Below, one piece after another: positions 17,554 to 27,004 of a DNA stretch of 60,606 nucleotides (its first letter is position 1; the number at the start of each line of letters is the position of its first letter). The notes beneath the pieces were generated by a model. That model did not search any database, was not told the origin of the DNA, and was given only the letters and a program-made list of their open reading frames with translations. A program made the position numbers and the translations under genes. This DNA comes from an uncultured Gemmatimonadota bacterium (GTDB lineage: Bacteria > SM23-81 > DAOVCL01): the NCBI GenBank assembly GCA_964626665.1, contig CAZVGK010000005.1, positions 60,069-120,674 of the forward strand, written 5' to 3'.

Positions 17554-20529
17554 TTAAATAAACCCAAATAGTAGATGGAAGTATAACCTCCACCTCTCCT
17601 TTGGCTCTGGGTGGTCCATTCCATAAGCGGCCTGAAAACTCATCCTGGTTGGGTAGGAGTAGAAGGAGAATCCCTCCAATCTCAACTCCGCTCCCACATC
17701 CTTCCCGGAGGAGAGCGCTGACTCATCGCCTTTGTGCCAGGTCCTTCCATATTCGGTAAATAGACCCCCGTAGAGCCTGCTGAGGAAAACCTGACCGATC
17801 TGGCGGTTGATCCTCTTGAAGATGGGGAACCTATAGGTTAGGCTTCCCAAGAGCATATCCCTTCCCTCGATGTAATAGTAGGTGTAGCCCTTAAGCCCTT
17901 CCTGGCTTCCCAGTTGGAAGTAAAAGAAGTCATCAACTCTTCTGTCTATTATTCCCCCTTTTAACCTCAGAGCCAGGGAGTGACGCCCCCAGGGGAGGGC
18001 TCTGTATTCGGTCCAGTCTAACAGCAACTGGTTGTAGTAGTTTCGATTATACTTTGGAACCCAAGTGCCCTCTTTATTCTTCATCTCGCCAGAAGATAGC
18101 CTGTTCCACATTCGATCATAGCGAAAGAGCATCTCCCTCCCTCCACGAGGGTTTATCTCTCCATCTATGGCGGGGGGGATATTCTTGTAATAATAGGAGA
18201 CCATAAGGTCCTTGCCCCGGTAGTAGGTCCAACTGGCTTTTCCATAGGTTGCTCCTGTGCTATCCACCTTGGCTTTAAGGCCAATCCCGTACTTACTATA
18301 GATGAGGCTCAGGGTCAACTGTTTCTGGTAGAAGGAGGAAAGGGGGTTACAGAATTCAAACCTCGCCCCTACATCTGCTTCTAAGAGATCATATTTCAGG
18401 TCAAAGTCAAAGAGTCCGTAGTAACCGTCCTCCTTTAGCAGGAGCTGATCCTGATCCTGGGTGTGCCTTCTTAAGGCGTAGACCTCGGCGAACAGGGTGG
18501 GGAAGAGCTGTCTGTTCTCGTAAATACCATAGAGGTCGTAGTCGAAGTCCCTGCTCATCAAGCCCCCAAAGAATAGGGACTGTTTGTCCAAGATCTCATT
18601 GGAGGCCAAATAGAACCCGGCCTTGAGCTTCTTATCGTCCAGGGCCAAGCGGGGATAGATGAACATCTGGGAGAAGGTTAACCTATATGGATGGGAGGGA
18701 GGAGAGTTATTTAAGGAAAATTGATGATGGTTTTCCTCCTTAATTTGGGCAAATTCCCTTGATTCCACCTTCTTTCCCGCTTTCCTGGGAAGGAGATAAA
18801 TGGAATAGCCCTGGGAATCGTAAGAGGAGTAGGCTATGGACTTCCCATCCGGGGAGAGGGAAGGGAGGAAGCCGCCCCCTAAGAGGTTGGTCAACCTGCT
18901 GAGGCTTCCCTCATCCAGGGAGAGGGAGTAAAGGTTAAAAATACCCGTACGATCGGATGAAAAGATGATCCCCTTCCCATCGGGTGTCCAGCAGGGATCC
19001 CGGTCATCAAATGATGAACGGACCAGGTATTTGAATCCAGTGCCGTCGGTGGAGATTATGGCCACATTCCTATTTTCTCCCTGATTGCTCTGTCCCCGAA
19101 AGAGGCCAAAGAGGATCTTGTCCCCTTGGGGGGAGAATTGGGGCCTGTAGAGTTGAGTGAAGTCTTTATTATGGGTGAGGTATCTTATCCCACTGCCATC
19201 GGAGTTGGCTATGGCCAGGTTATTGGTCCCATCTTTGTTTACTATGAAGCAAAGGCTTTGGCCATCTGGTGACCAGGAGGGGTCCTTGGCCCGCAACCTA
19301 TGGGTTATCCGTTTCTCCTTTTTGCTCTTCAGGTCATAGGTATAGAGGTCCCAGAGGTGACAACCGTATCTTTTGTATTTCTTCCTTTTAGAGTAGGCAA
19401 GACTGTTTCCATTTGGAGACCAGGAGAAGGAGGAGCTTATCCCTCCGGTTATAGCCTCCGGTTCTTTTTTGGAGATGTCCATAGTATAAAGCGTCAATTG
19501 GTAGTAGTCCTTCCCTTTGTTGGAAAGGTAGGCGAGCTTTTGACCATCCGGGGACCAGGTGGGATAGAGATTCAGGAATCCCCCTTGGGTGAGTTTCTCC
19601 CCCTGCACCAGGCTGTCCCTGATACCCTTCGTCTCCGCTAAGTAATGCTGTTGTAGATGATCTCTCCACTTCCGGTAAAGCCCTTCCCCGGAAAGGTGTA
19701 TGGTCTTTTTTAATGCAGAGTTGATGTTTATCCTCCAGGGCTTCCCCATAGCCCTCATTAGCTTCTCTAAGGTCTCGCTTCCATATTGTTCGGAAATGTA
19801 TCTTACCAAGGAGAACCCCTGGTTATAAGTCATCTCAGCCTTCAGGGTGTTCTGGCCAAACACCCCCATCTCGGAGAAGGTTAAGAGGTTGTCTTCCAAG
19901 GTGGCCATTCTCAAGATCATATCCCGATGGGTATCCCAACTCTCATACCCCAAGCCCGGAGCCTGAAATTGAGCTGTCCCCTCGGCAAACCACATAGGGA
20001 TAACGCTTCCGGGAAAGGGATAGGAGATAAGCACATTGGGATAGCCAGAGAGGACATCGGGCCTCTTCTCCTTTTCATGTCCTATGTATTGAAAATAGAA
20101 GGAGGGAACCCGCCGAGTGAACTTGAAAGTTGTGCCCAGGGAGATGATATGGGTAAATTCATGGGTGACCACATTGTTCAGCCAGGTGTGGGTCCCGCGC
20201 AGTTCAAAGTCTAAGTTTGTAGCCCAGACTTCAATTTTGTCATCGTAATAGTAGGCAGCGCCATTGGAGAAATCCTCGTAATCCTTGATCAGGATCTGAA
20301 TTTTGCCCTTTGGTTGATAGTCATAGAGGGAGGTAATGGGGTCGTAAACCTCTTCCGCTATCTGGGCGGCCATCCCCGCTGTTCTCTCCTCACCCCGGTG
20401 GAACCGAACGGAGAAGTGGGGGGTTTCTATTGTCCTCCATTCAAGCTCAGGATGATTGTAAGCCCAGCTTACGGTGGAGAGGAGGAGAAATACTAATGAT
20501 GTAGCAAAAATTGTAGTTTTTCTTAGCAT
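17554..20529 (-). CDS. Secreted/outer-membrane protein: zinc-peptidase-like N-terminal domain, TolB/PD40 beta-propeller, C-terminal beta-strand-rich domain
   Basis: HEFTH and WFAEG motifs; repeated PxWSPDG motifs; aromatic-rich C-terminus. Confidence 0.8.
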   Translation of the reverse strand: MLRKTTIFATSLVFLLLSTVSWAYNHPELEWRTIETPHFSVRFHRGEERTAGMAAQIAEEVYDPITSLYDYQPKGKIQILIKDYEDFSNGAAYYYDDKIEVWATNLDFELRGTHTWLNNVVTHEFTHIISLGTTFKFTRRVPSFYFQYIGHEKEKRPDVLSGYPNVLISYPFPGSVIPMWFAEGTAQFQAPGLGYESWDTHRDMILRMATLEDNLLTFSEMGVFGQNTLKAEMTYNQGFSLVRYISEQYGSETLEKLMRAMGKPWRININSALKKTIHLSGEGLYRKWRDHLQQHYLAETKGIRDSLVQGEKLTQGGFLNLYPTWSPDGQKLAYLSNKGKDYYQLTLYTMDISKKEPEAITGGISSSFSWSPNGNSLAYSKRKKYKRYGCHLWDLYTYDLKSKKEKRITHRLRAKDPSWSPDGQSLCFIVNKDGTNNLAIANSDGSGIRYLTHNKDFTQLYRPQFSPQGDKILFGLFRGQSNQGENRNVAIISTDGTGFKYLVRSSFDDRDPCWTPDGKGIIFSSDRTGIFNLYSLSLDEGSLSRLTNLLGGGFLPSLSPDGKSIAYSSYDSQGYSIYLLPRKAGKKVESREFAQIKEENHHQFSLNNSPPSHPYRLTFSQMFIYPRLALDDKKLKAGFYLASNEILDKQSLFFGGLMSRDFDYDLYGIYENRQLFPTLFAEVYALRRHTQDQDQLLLKEDGYYGLFDFDLKYDLLEADVGARFEFCNPLSSFYQKQLTLSLIYSKYGIGLKAKVDSTGATYGKASWTYYRGKDLMVSYYYKNIPPAIDGEINPRGGREMLFRYDRMWNRLSSGEMKNKEGTWVPKYNRNYYNQLLLDWTEYRALPWGRHSLALRLKGGIIDRRVDDFFYFQLGSQEGLKGYTYYYIEGRDMLLGSLTYRFPIFKRINRQIGQVFLSRLYGGLFTEYGRTWHKGDESALSSGKDVGAELRLEGFSFYSYPTRMSFQAAYGMDHPEPKERWRLYFHLLFGFI

Positions 20530-20659
20530 AAGATTTGCCGATATGCCTTTATTTATAGATGTAGACGAACCATTGCTCGTCCCCTTTAGGTTCGTGCTGT
20601 CAAAGCTCCTGTCTCTAATCCACTCCGCTGGTAGCCGCAGACTTCAGTCTGCGCTTCCC

Positions 20660-20730
20660 GTCAGGGCAGAAGCCCTGACGGCACTTTCTACCGCACTTTA
20701 GTGCAGGGTTAGGGGCCCTTCAGGGCCCTC
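20660..20730. repeat. Composite REP-like palindromes (GTCAGGGC-N-GCCCTGAC plus CTACCGCACTTTAGTGC), left flank of hicAB
   Basis: Direct repeat of 21258-21344; partial copies at 34271, 41745-41781 (reverse) and 60482. Confidence 0.8.
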
Positions 20731-20745
20731 TACATATTTTTTGAA

Positions 20746-20991
20746 CTATGCAACTGCCAGTTTCTCTTCGTTTTGGACAATTATCTTAGGATTCGGGTTC
20801 CGCGGAGGGATGGGCAATCCCCTTTCTTTTAGTAAGCTAATATGTTCCTTCATTCCCCATTTTGCTTTATAGATACAGTCTTCAATGGAATGACCTATCC
20901 CTGAAAAACCTTCTAAATCGGGAGAATAGAAACCAAAAAAGTCAGGTTCCTTAGTTGCTTCAATGATTAATGAATATTCTAATTCAATCAT
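20746..20991 (-). CDS. hicB: HicB family antitoxin
   Basis: YSPDLEGFSGIGHSIEDCI...ERGLPIP motif; downstream of hicA. Confidence 0.85.
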   Translation of the reverse strand: MIELEYSLIIEATKEPDFFGFYSPDLEGFSGIGHSIEDCIYKAKWGMKEHISLLKERGLPIPPRNPNPKIIVQNEEKLAVA

Positions 20992-21192
20992 TTAAGTCCT
21001 CCCCTTATTTTTTATCCCTGCTGCTTTAAGTATAGCATAACATGTCCCTTTTGGTACTTCCTTTGAACCATGATAGTCAACACGAATTAACCTATCCCAT
21101 CCAGATTTCCCATAGTATCTTATCGAACCTTTTTCTTTTATAATTTTGAATCCACTGTTCTCAAGAAGTCTGACCAGTTCGCTGAATTTCAC
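20992..21192 (-). CDS. hicA: HicA family toxin (mRNA interferase)
   Basis: ELVRLLENSGF...KGS...HGSKEVPKGT...ILKAAGI; GTG start. Confidence 0.85.
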   Translation of the reverse strand: MKFSELVRLLENSGFKIIKEKGSIRYYGKSGWDRLIRVDYHGSKEVPKGTCYAILKAAGIKNKGRT

Positions 21193-21216
21193 TTATTTAT
21201 CTTTCTTTGGCATTTT

Positions 21217-21487
21217 GGCAGAACTGGGTTCTGCCACCTCAGGTTGTGAAGGGTGCTGTCAGGGCAGGAGCCCTGACGGCACCAAAGAGCACCAGCCAAC
21301 TTCTACCGCACTTTAGTGCAGGGTTATGACCCTTCAGATCCCCCTTATACGGGGCAAGGCCCCATTTGGAGAGGGTAAGCCCCCTGGGCTAAAGCCCAGA
21401 AGAGGTTACCCCGACTGAAGTCGGGTAGAAATGTTCGGGTCGCATTTATGCGACCCGAACAACGGGCTTGATGAATCAAGCCTCTAC
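21217..21487. repeat. Cluster of REP-like palindromes, right flank of hicAB
   Basis: GGCAGAAC-GTTCTGCC, GTCAGGGC-GCCCTGAC, GGGTCGCAT-ATGCGACCC and GGCTTGAT-ATCAAGCC hairpins, all recurring elsewhere in the window. Confidence 0.8.
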
Positions 21488-21490
21488 CTC

Positions 21491-24400
21491 TCATCTCACC
21501 AAAGCCATCTTTACGAAGGCTACCTTCTTCTGACTTCCCCTTTTGGCCTCTATCCGGCAGAGATAGACCCCACTGGTCACATCCTTGCCATGGCTGTTCT
21601 TGCCCCGCCACTCTACATCATTCCAAAAGAGATCATCATCCCCGGAAAATTGGTCAATTAGATTGCCCGCCAGGTCAAATATCTTGATGTTCACCTGAGC
21701 CTCTTCGCCCAGCCAATACCTGATATGGGTGTACTCGGAGAAGGGGTTGGGCCAGTTATAGGCCAATTTCGGGGAGAAGAATGGCTTTGTCGGTGGAGGG
21801 ATCTCTGGATAAATGCCCTGATACCAACTTGTATGGGCTACATCGTAGTCCCGCATTGGCCAGGGGATTACCTCCGGGTCATACTCTGGCGGTAGCCGCC
21901 ACATATACAGCCAGCCGTCATCGGAACCAACCATCACCTCTAAGCTATCGTCGTTGTCCACATCTAAGAAGGCCGGAGAGGAACTCACCGGACCTCCACA
22001 GGAGAGGGGCCACCCCTTGACTTCGCTTCCGTCTGAATGGAAGGCCAGAAGCTCCCTTTCCGGGGAGCCAACCACTATCTCTATTCTTCCATCTCCATCC
22101 ACATCGGCCAGGGCAGGGGAGGAGTTCAAGGGGCCTAGGGGCTGAGACCTGCTTATGGTAATGGGGAAGTTAGTCACCAGAGTTCCATTGTAGTTGAAGG
22201 CATAGACCTTGTTGGCTCCAGAGAGGACAATCTCTAAGTAGCCATCCCCATCGATGTCCCCTAAGGCAGGGGAGGAGAGGTATGGATCGCCAGTTAGGTA
22301 GAACCAATAGGCCGCTGAGTCCCCCAGGGCCTTTCCCGCAAATACCCCGCCATTAGAGGTTGTTCCCACAATATCTATTATCCCGTCCCTATTGATGTCA
22401 GCCGCGGCGAGATGGGTTACTATTTGATCTCTGTTGGTATGGATAGTTCCCTTTTCCCCTTCGTTTAGATCATAAACCAAAACCTGTCCTTCGGTTCCAT
22501 CATACAGTCCAGCGATTATCTCAGATGTTCCGTCGCTATCCACATCAGCAAAGGCAAGCTCTTGAGAATAAGTGACCCCTTTCACAGGTGGAGCAGCCGA
22601 GAGAATCTCCCCACCTGGAGTCAAGACAATTGGATATGAGGTCAGAGCGATTATCTCATTTCTTCCCTGGGGTGAGTCCACATCGGCAACGGAAATTGAC
22701 CGTATCTTGTTCACAAGGGAGACAGAGAAGAGAGTGTCTGCCCTGCCATCCCCATCTTCATCAGTTGGCTTCCAGGCATAAACCTTTCCCCTACCTGTGC
22801 CTGCTATAATCTCCAGATCGGGGTCTCTATTCAGATTGGCCAGAGCCGGGGGGCAGAAGATAGAGTCTTCAACCTCGGCAAATATAGCCGCTGACACCCA
22901 GGTGGTTTCGTTGCTTGCGCCTACTATGTATGTAGAATCGGAGTTGGGGATGACCTTTGTCCCATCCCACTTCCAGGCTAATATCTTCCCATCAATAGTG
23001 TGGGTAATCACCTCCTGATGGCCAACATCATATTTCAGATCTCCAAAGAGGGGGGAAGCATTCCCCATAGATCCACCAGTGTAATTTGGCCAGCCCGGTT
23101 GGCTGTAATCTATATGCACGTTGAAGCTCATCACCGAATCCCGAGGGCTGAAGTCCGTGATGTAGATGTGGCTGCAGGCTCCGGAGTTGCTGTTGGTGTT
23201 GGGTCTGGTCGAGGGGGTAAAGGTATTCCGATAGTTTTTCGATTTGTTGCCCTTGTAGAAGGCATCCTCTGGCATTCCATAGGTGATGTAGTAGCCTTCA
23301 ATTATATGCCCGATATCTTGGAAACCATCAGCCTCCTCTAAGTCAACCCCGCGGTGGAGAGGATCTGAGTTCACTAAGTTGTCGGCAAGTTTGGCCTCGA
23401 TGATGGTCTCGTCAATGTGCCAGATGAGGATGCCTGGGCCAGGAGTTATACTTGAGTCAGGAATTCCCCAGTCGTATTCGTCAACCGAGGTCAGAACACC
23501 ACCTTCCCAGACACAGACCGTATCATCGCCGTATACATCTCGCTGGCGGTTTTCAATGAGGAAGTATTCCTGAGAGTTTATGGGTACCTTGACCACCTCG
23601 GTTCTGCCACTTTTCAGGCCGGAGGCAGCTATCTTTACGCTGTCCTGATTAGAGACAACCAGAGGCTTTACCCATCCCAAGAAGACCTTGGACCAGGCAC
23701 AGGGCTGAGCGGGAATGAGGCCATCCACATTCCAGCACCCCATATCCATCAGCCCCCATTGGCCTATCCCTGAACTCCCATCTAAGGTGTTGTAGAGGTT
23801 GGGAAGGCCCAACTGATGGCCGAAGAGCTTGGCAAAGATCCCAGTAAGGCCAATCTCGTATCCCTCTTGATTCTCCGTCTCCGGAAGCCAGAGTCCCTCC
23901 TGGACATAGGTTGTCTCTCCATTCGGGGAAAGATCAACAGCTATTCCCTGATAATTTGGATTGCCTTCTCCCAGATATTTTCTCAGGTCCTCCAGGTTGA
24001 AGAAAGCAGAGGGGAGGTCCCTGGGAGTCGGGTCGTAGTAGAAGCTTACATCCCCTCCAACTCCGGCATGGAAGATGACGAAAGCATCGTAATCGGCGAA
24101 GTGAAGCGTAGTATCTGAAGTATCGGCCACGCTAATGGCGTCTCGGAAGAACTCGGCCAATTTTTTGTCGGTAGCCTCCTGGGAGGTAAGGGGATTGTAG
24201 TAAGCCATTGGGTGGGAAAGAAGATAGCTTGAATCCTCACCCTGAGGGAAAACTTCATAGGTAATGCTCAGGTTTCCCTTGGAGACGGTTTTGTAGTAAT
24301 TGGCCAGGGCCTTAAGCTGTCGGTCGAAATATGTGCTATCGTGGGGAGCGGGGTTTATCCTCTCCTCCTTTGAGTTGTCGCTCAGGTCAAACCAACCGTT

Positions 24401-24595
24401 TCCCGTGGTGTTAGGGTCGTCCGAATCCTCTCGTTGAAACCTTATCCTCAAAGCCAGAATGTGCATAGTCTTTTTGCGGGAATTCTCCTCTCCTCTTGCA
24501 GCCACCCCCCCAGGCCGGAGCTTAAATTGGAGAGCCAGCGAAGGTTGCGCAATTGAGAGGAGAAGTATGATGGAAAGTGCGAGTTTTTTGAACAA
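21491..24595 (-). CDS. Secreted M6 (immune inhibitor A)-like metalloprotease-fold protein with FG-GAP/VCBS repeats and a C-terminal sorting (FlgD-Ig-like) domain
   Basis: IFHAG, WGLMD, EYFLIENRQ, GILIWHIDE motifs; DxDGDGxxEIV repeats; YNWPNPF...SGVYL C-terminus. Confidence 0.82.
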   Translation of the reverse strand: MFKKLALSIILLLSIAQPSLALQFKLRPGGVAARGEENSRKKTMHILALRIRFQREDSDDPNTTGNGWFDLSDNSKEERINPAPHDSTYFDRQLKALANYYKTVSKGNLSITYEVFPQGEDSSYLLSHPMAYYNPLTSQEATDKKLAEFFRDAISVADTSDTTLHFADYDAFVIFHAGVGGDVSFYYDPTPRDLPSAFFNLEDLRKYLGEGNPNYQGIAVDLSPNGETTYVQEGLWLPETENQEGYEIGLTGIFAKLFGHQLGLPNLYNTLDGSSGIGQWGLMDMGCWNVDGLIPAQPCAWSKVFLGWVKPLVVSNQDSVKIAASGLKSGRTEVVKVPINSQEYFLIENRQRDVYGDDTVCVWEGGVLTSVDEYDWGIPDSSITPGPGILIWHIDETIIEAKLADNLVNSDPLHRGVDLEEADGFQDIGHIIEGYYITYGMPEDAFYKGNKSKNYRNTFTPSTRPNTNSNSGACSHIYITDFSPRDSVMSFNVHIDYSQPGWPNYTGGSMGNASPLFGDLKYDVGHQEVITHTIDGKILAWKWDGTKVIPNSDSTYIVGASNETTWVSAAIFAEVEDSIFCPPALANLNRDPDLEIIAGTGRGKVYAWKPTDEDGDGRADTLFSVSLVNKIRSISVADVDSPQGRNEIIALTSYPIVLTPGGEILSAAPPVKGVTYSQELAFADVDSDGTSEIIAGLYDGTEGQVLVYDLNEGEKGTIHTNRDQIVTHLAAADINRDGIIDIVGTTSNGGVFAGKALGDSAAYWFYLTGDPYLSSPALGDIDGDGYLEIVLSGANKVYAFNYNGTLVTNFPITISRSQPLGPLNSSPALADVDGDGRIEIVVGSPERELLAFHSDGSEVKGWPLSCGGPVSSSPAFLDVDNDDSLEVMVGSDDGWLYMWRLPPEYDPEVIPWPMRDYDVAHTSWYQGIYPEIPPPTKPFFSPKLAYNWPNPFSEYTHIRYWLGEEAQVNIKIFDLAGNLIDQFSGDDDLFWNDVEWRGKNSHGKDVTSGVYLCRIEAKRGSQKKVAFVKMALVR

Positions 24596-24607
24596 TGTTT
24601 TTCTCCC

Positions 24608-26872
24608 TTAAAATTTTACAGTGAGGGAGAACCTCATCTGATCGGAGAGGGGGTGTCCCTCCTCGGCGGCCACATATCCGAAGTCAAACCGGTAGTTGCT
24701 GTATTGGAGCCCAGCTCCAAATGTCGGAGCCTTTATATCCCCTTCCTGGTCGTAGAGATAACCAGCTCTGAGGCCAACATAGGTTCCATACCAATACTCC
24801 ATCCCGGCATTGCCAATCACCTCCCTTAGCTCCTGACGCAGGGGATCATCCATCCCGATGAGCTCTTTGTTCAGATCAAGGGTAAAGAGGAGGTGGTTGT
24901 AGTCATCATCAATGGCCTTGAAACCGGTTCCCACCTTGAGGTTAAACGGAATAGGGTCCGCCTGGGAGGCGTCGATATAGGTCATCTTGGGGCCCAGGTT
25001 CTGCAGGGCGGCTCCCAACTTAAGGAACTTATAGGGCTGATAGAGAAGGCCTGCATCAACAGCAAAAGTCGTTCCTATTCCCTTCCCCCTCTCCCTGGCT
25101 GCCCCTACATCGGAGAGGCGAGAGTGGATTATTTTCAGATTCAAGCCGACTCCCAAGTTCTCCCGCACCTTAGTTCCATAAGAGAGAGCCAAAGCCACCT
25201 CAAAAGGGTTTATCTCTCCGGTGGTTCTTCCCGTCGCATCTGTTGTGGGAATGGTGCCATAGGAGAGGAAGGTTATGTTGCCCCCTACAGTTCCCCATCC
25301 AGGGGCATGCTGGAGATAAGAGGTGAAGTCATAATACATATCGTTTAGGCCCAAACCGGGAAGCCAGTTGGCGTGCATAGCGGTAACCTCCCTCTTGGTA
25401 TGGGCCCTGACCAGAGCCTCGTTCCCAGTGGCAAACCAAATTTCCTTGTCCTTCTGGATGATGATGCCAGAGGGCTTTTTCTCCAGGTCTTGATAGTAGT
25501 AGTCGCCCCACTTGTATCCATCATACCAGATCGTCCCTTCATCTGTTCCCACATAGACCTTATTCCCCTGAGTGGCGATGGAGGTAACCTTTGCGGCGGC
25601 GGGGTTTACCGGAACATAGATGCTCTCCCCCGCAGGAAGCTGTGGATTGCCAAACCCGTTATGTGCCACTATCCTCTCCTCCAACATCTGGATGGAAGAG
25701 TCATCCTTGTAGCGAGAATACTCTGCGGCGATCTCGTGTAGGGTCTCTCCCTCCTTAACCAGATGTGGCCGGTGGCCAAAGAGCATCCACTGACCATTCC
25801 CGTAAACTAGGGCTCCGTATTGGGTGCCTGCCCAGAGGTTGCCATCACCATCTAAGGCCAGGGCGGTGTATTCGACCCCCTGGTTGTTGTTGAACATCTC
25901 CTGATTGGGTATCTGGCTCCATTTTTTGCCATCGTAATGGGCGAGCTTTCCCTCCGTCCCTATCCATACCCTTTTTCTTTTGCCAAAAGCCATACTGGCA
26001 ATGGGGCCGGTCAGCAGGCCCCCTGATTTCTCTATCGTCCACTTCCCACCTTTTTGTCGGATTAAGCCATTTGCGGTTCCCACCCAAAGCGTTCCATAGT
26101 CATCAACCCCAAGGCAGGTGATGGTGTCTGAGGCCAAACCGTCTTTGGTAGTATAGGCCTTCCAGTTGAGCCCATTGTAGAGATAGAGGCCTTGATCCGT
26201 CCCCGCCCAGAGGTTATCACCATCTGCCTTCAGTGCAGTGATCTTCCCATTGAGCCTTAATTTGTAAGGGATCTTTAAGGGAACTCCCACGGAGGTATCA
26301 GTTGCCGATAGGTTATAGTCCACCCAATCTTTGCCGTTATATCTCTTTATCTCACTAGTGAGGGGGTCCAGGGCAAAATGGTTAAACCGGGCAATCCTTT
26401 TGGTTAACTCTTTAAGTTGGTCATCATCAGTGATTCCGGTGTAACGGGAGGCGATCTCCTCTAAGGTTTTCTTCCCTTTGGGGTGATATATCTCATAGTT
26501 CTGCCATCTCTTTCCATCCCATCTGTAGAGATCACTTTTGGTTGCCACCCAGATGTCATATCTTTTGTAGTTGAACTCTGGCATCCCGTTGTCCTGGAGA
26601 GCCATAGCGATTATCCTCTCACCAGGTTTCAACTTAATTTCGTGTTTTATCCACTCCACGCTTAAGGGATAGAAGCCCAACCCTCCGGGGTTCCAATAGG
26701 TGGCCGTAGCATCATCTGCCACTGCGGCGAAGGACTCCCCCATCCCTGCGGCCCGCGCCCCGGGGGCTATTCTCAGGAATAGGCAGGTAGCCGCACTGAC
26801 ATCGGCCTTAGAGGCCGAGCTTAAGCCCAATATAAGGGCCAAAACAATGAGTAAGGTTGTTAACTTTTTCAT
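24608..26872 (-). CDS. PorV/PorQ-family T9SS-like outer-membrane protein with inserted beta-propeller and LysM-like domains
   Basis: FLRIAPGARAAGMG...DDATATYWNPGGL N-terminus; barrel resumes at HANWLP and ends RFSLTVKF. Confidence 0.8.
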   Translation of the reverse strand: MKKLTTLLIVLALILGLSSASKADVSAATCLFLRIAPGARAAGMGESFAAVADDATATYWNPGGLGFYPLSVEWIKHEIKLKPGERIIAMALQDNGMPEFNYKRYDIWVATKSDLYRWDGKRWQNYEIYHPKGKKTLEEIASRYTGITDDDQLKELTKRIARFNHFALDPLTSEIKRYNGKDWVDYNLSATDTSVGVPLKIPYKLRLNGKITALKADGDNLWAGTDQGLYLYNGLNWKAYTTKDGLASDTITCLGVDDYGTLWVGTANGLIRQKGGKWTIEKSGGLLTGPIASMAFGKRKRVWIGTEGKLAHYDGKKWSQIPNQEMFNNNQGVEYTALALDGDGNLWAGTQYGALVYGNGQWMLFGHRPHLVKEGETLHEIAAEYSRYKDDSSIQMLEERIVAHNGFGNPQLPAGESIYVPVNPAAAKVTSIATQGNKVYVGTDEGTIWYDGYKWGDYYYQDLEKKPSGIIIQKDKEIWFATGNEALVRAHTKREVTAMHANWLPGLGLNDMYYDFTSYLQHAPGWGTVGGNITFLSYGTIPTTDATGRTTGEINPFEVALALSYGTKVRENLGVGLNLKIIHSRLSDVGAARERGKGIGTTFAVDAGLLYQPYKFLKLGAALQNLGPKMTYIDASQADPIPFNLKVGTGFKAIDDDYNHLLFTLDLNKELIGMDDPLRQELREVIGNAGMEYWYGTYVGLRAGYLYDQEGDIKAPTFGAGLQYSNYRFDFGYVAAEEGHPLSDQMRFSLTVKF

Positions 26873-27004
26873 CTTTCCCTCCTGTTTGGTTTAATTTATC
26901 CCTGTGGAGTCAGCCCCGTTCCGACGGGATTCCTGATAAAAGTAGCTCCTAACCGCACAGTATCTTTTACTGACAACTGACCTCTGACTGCTGGTCCCTG
27001 TTAT

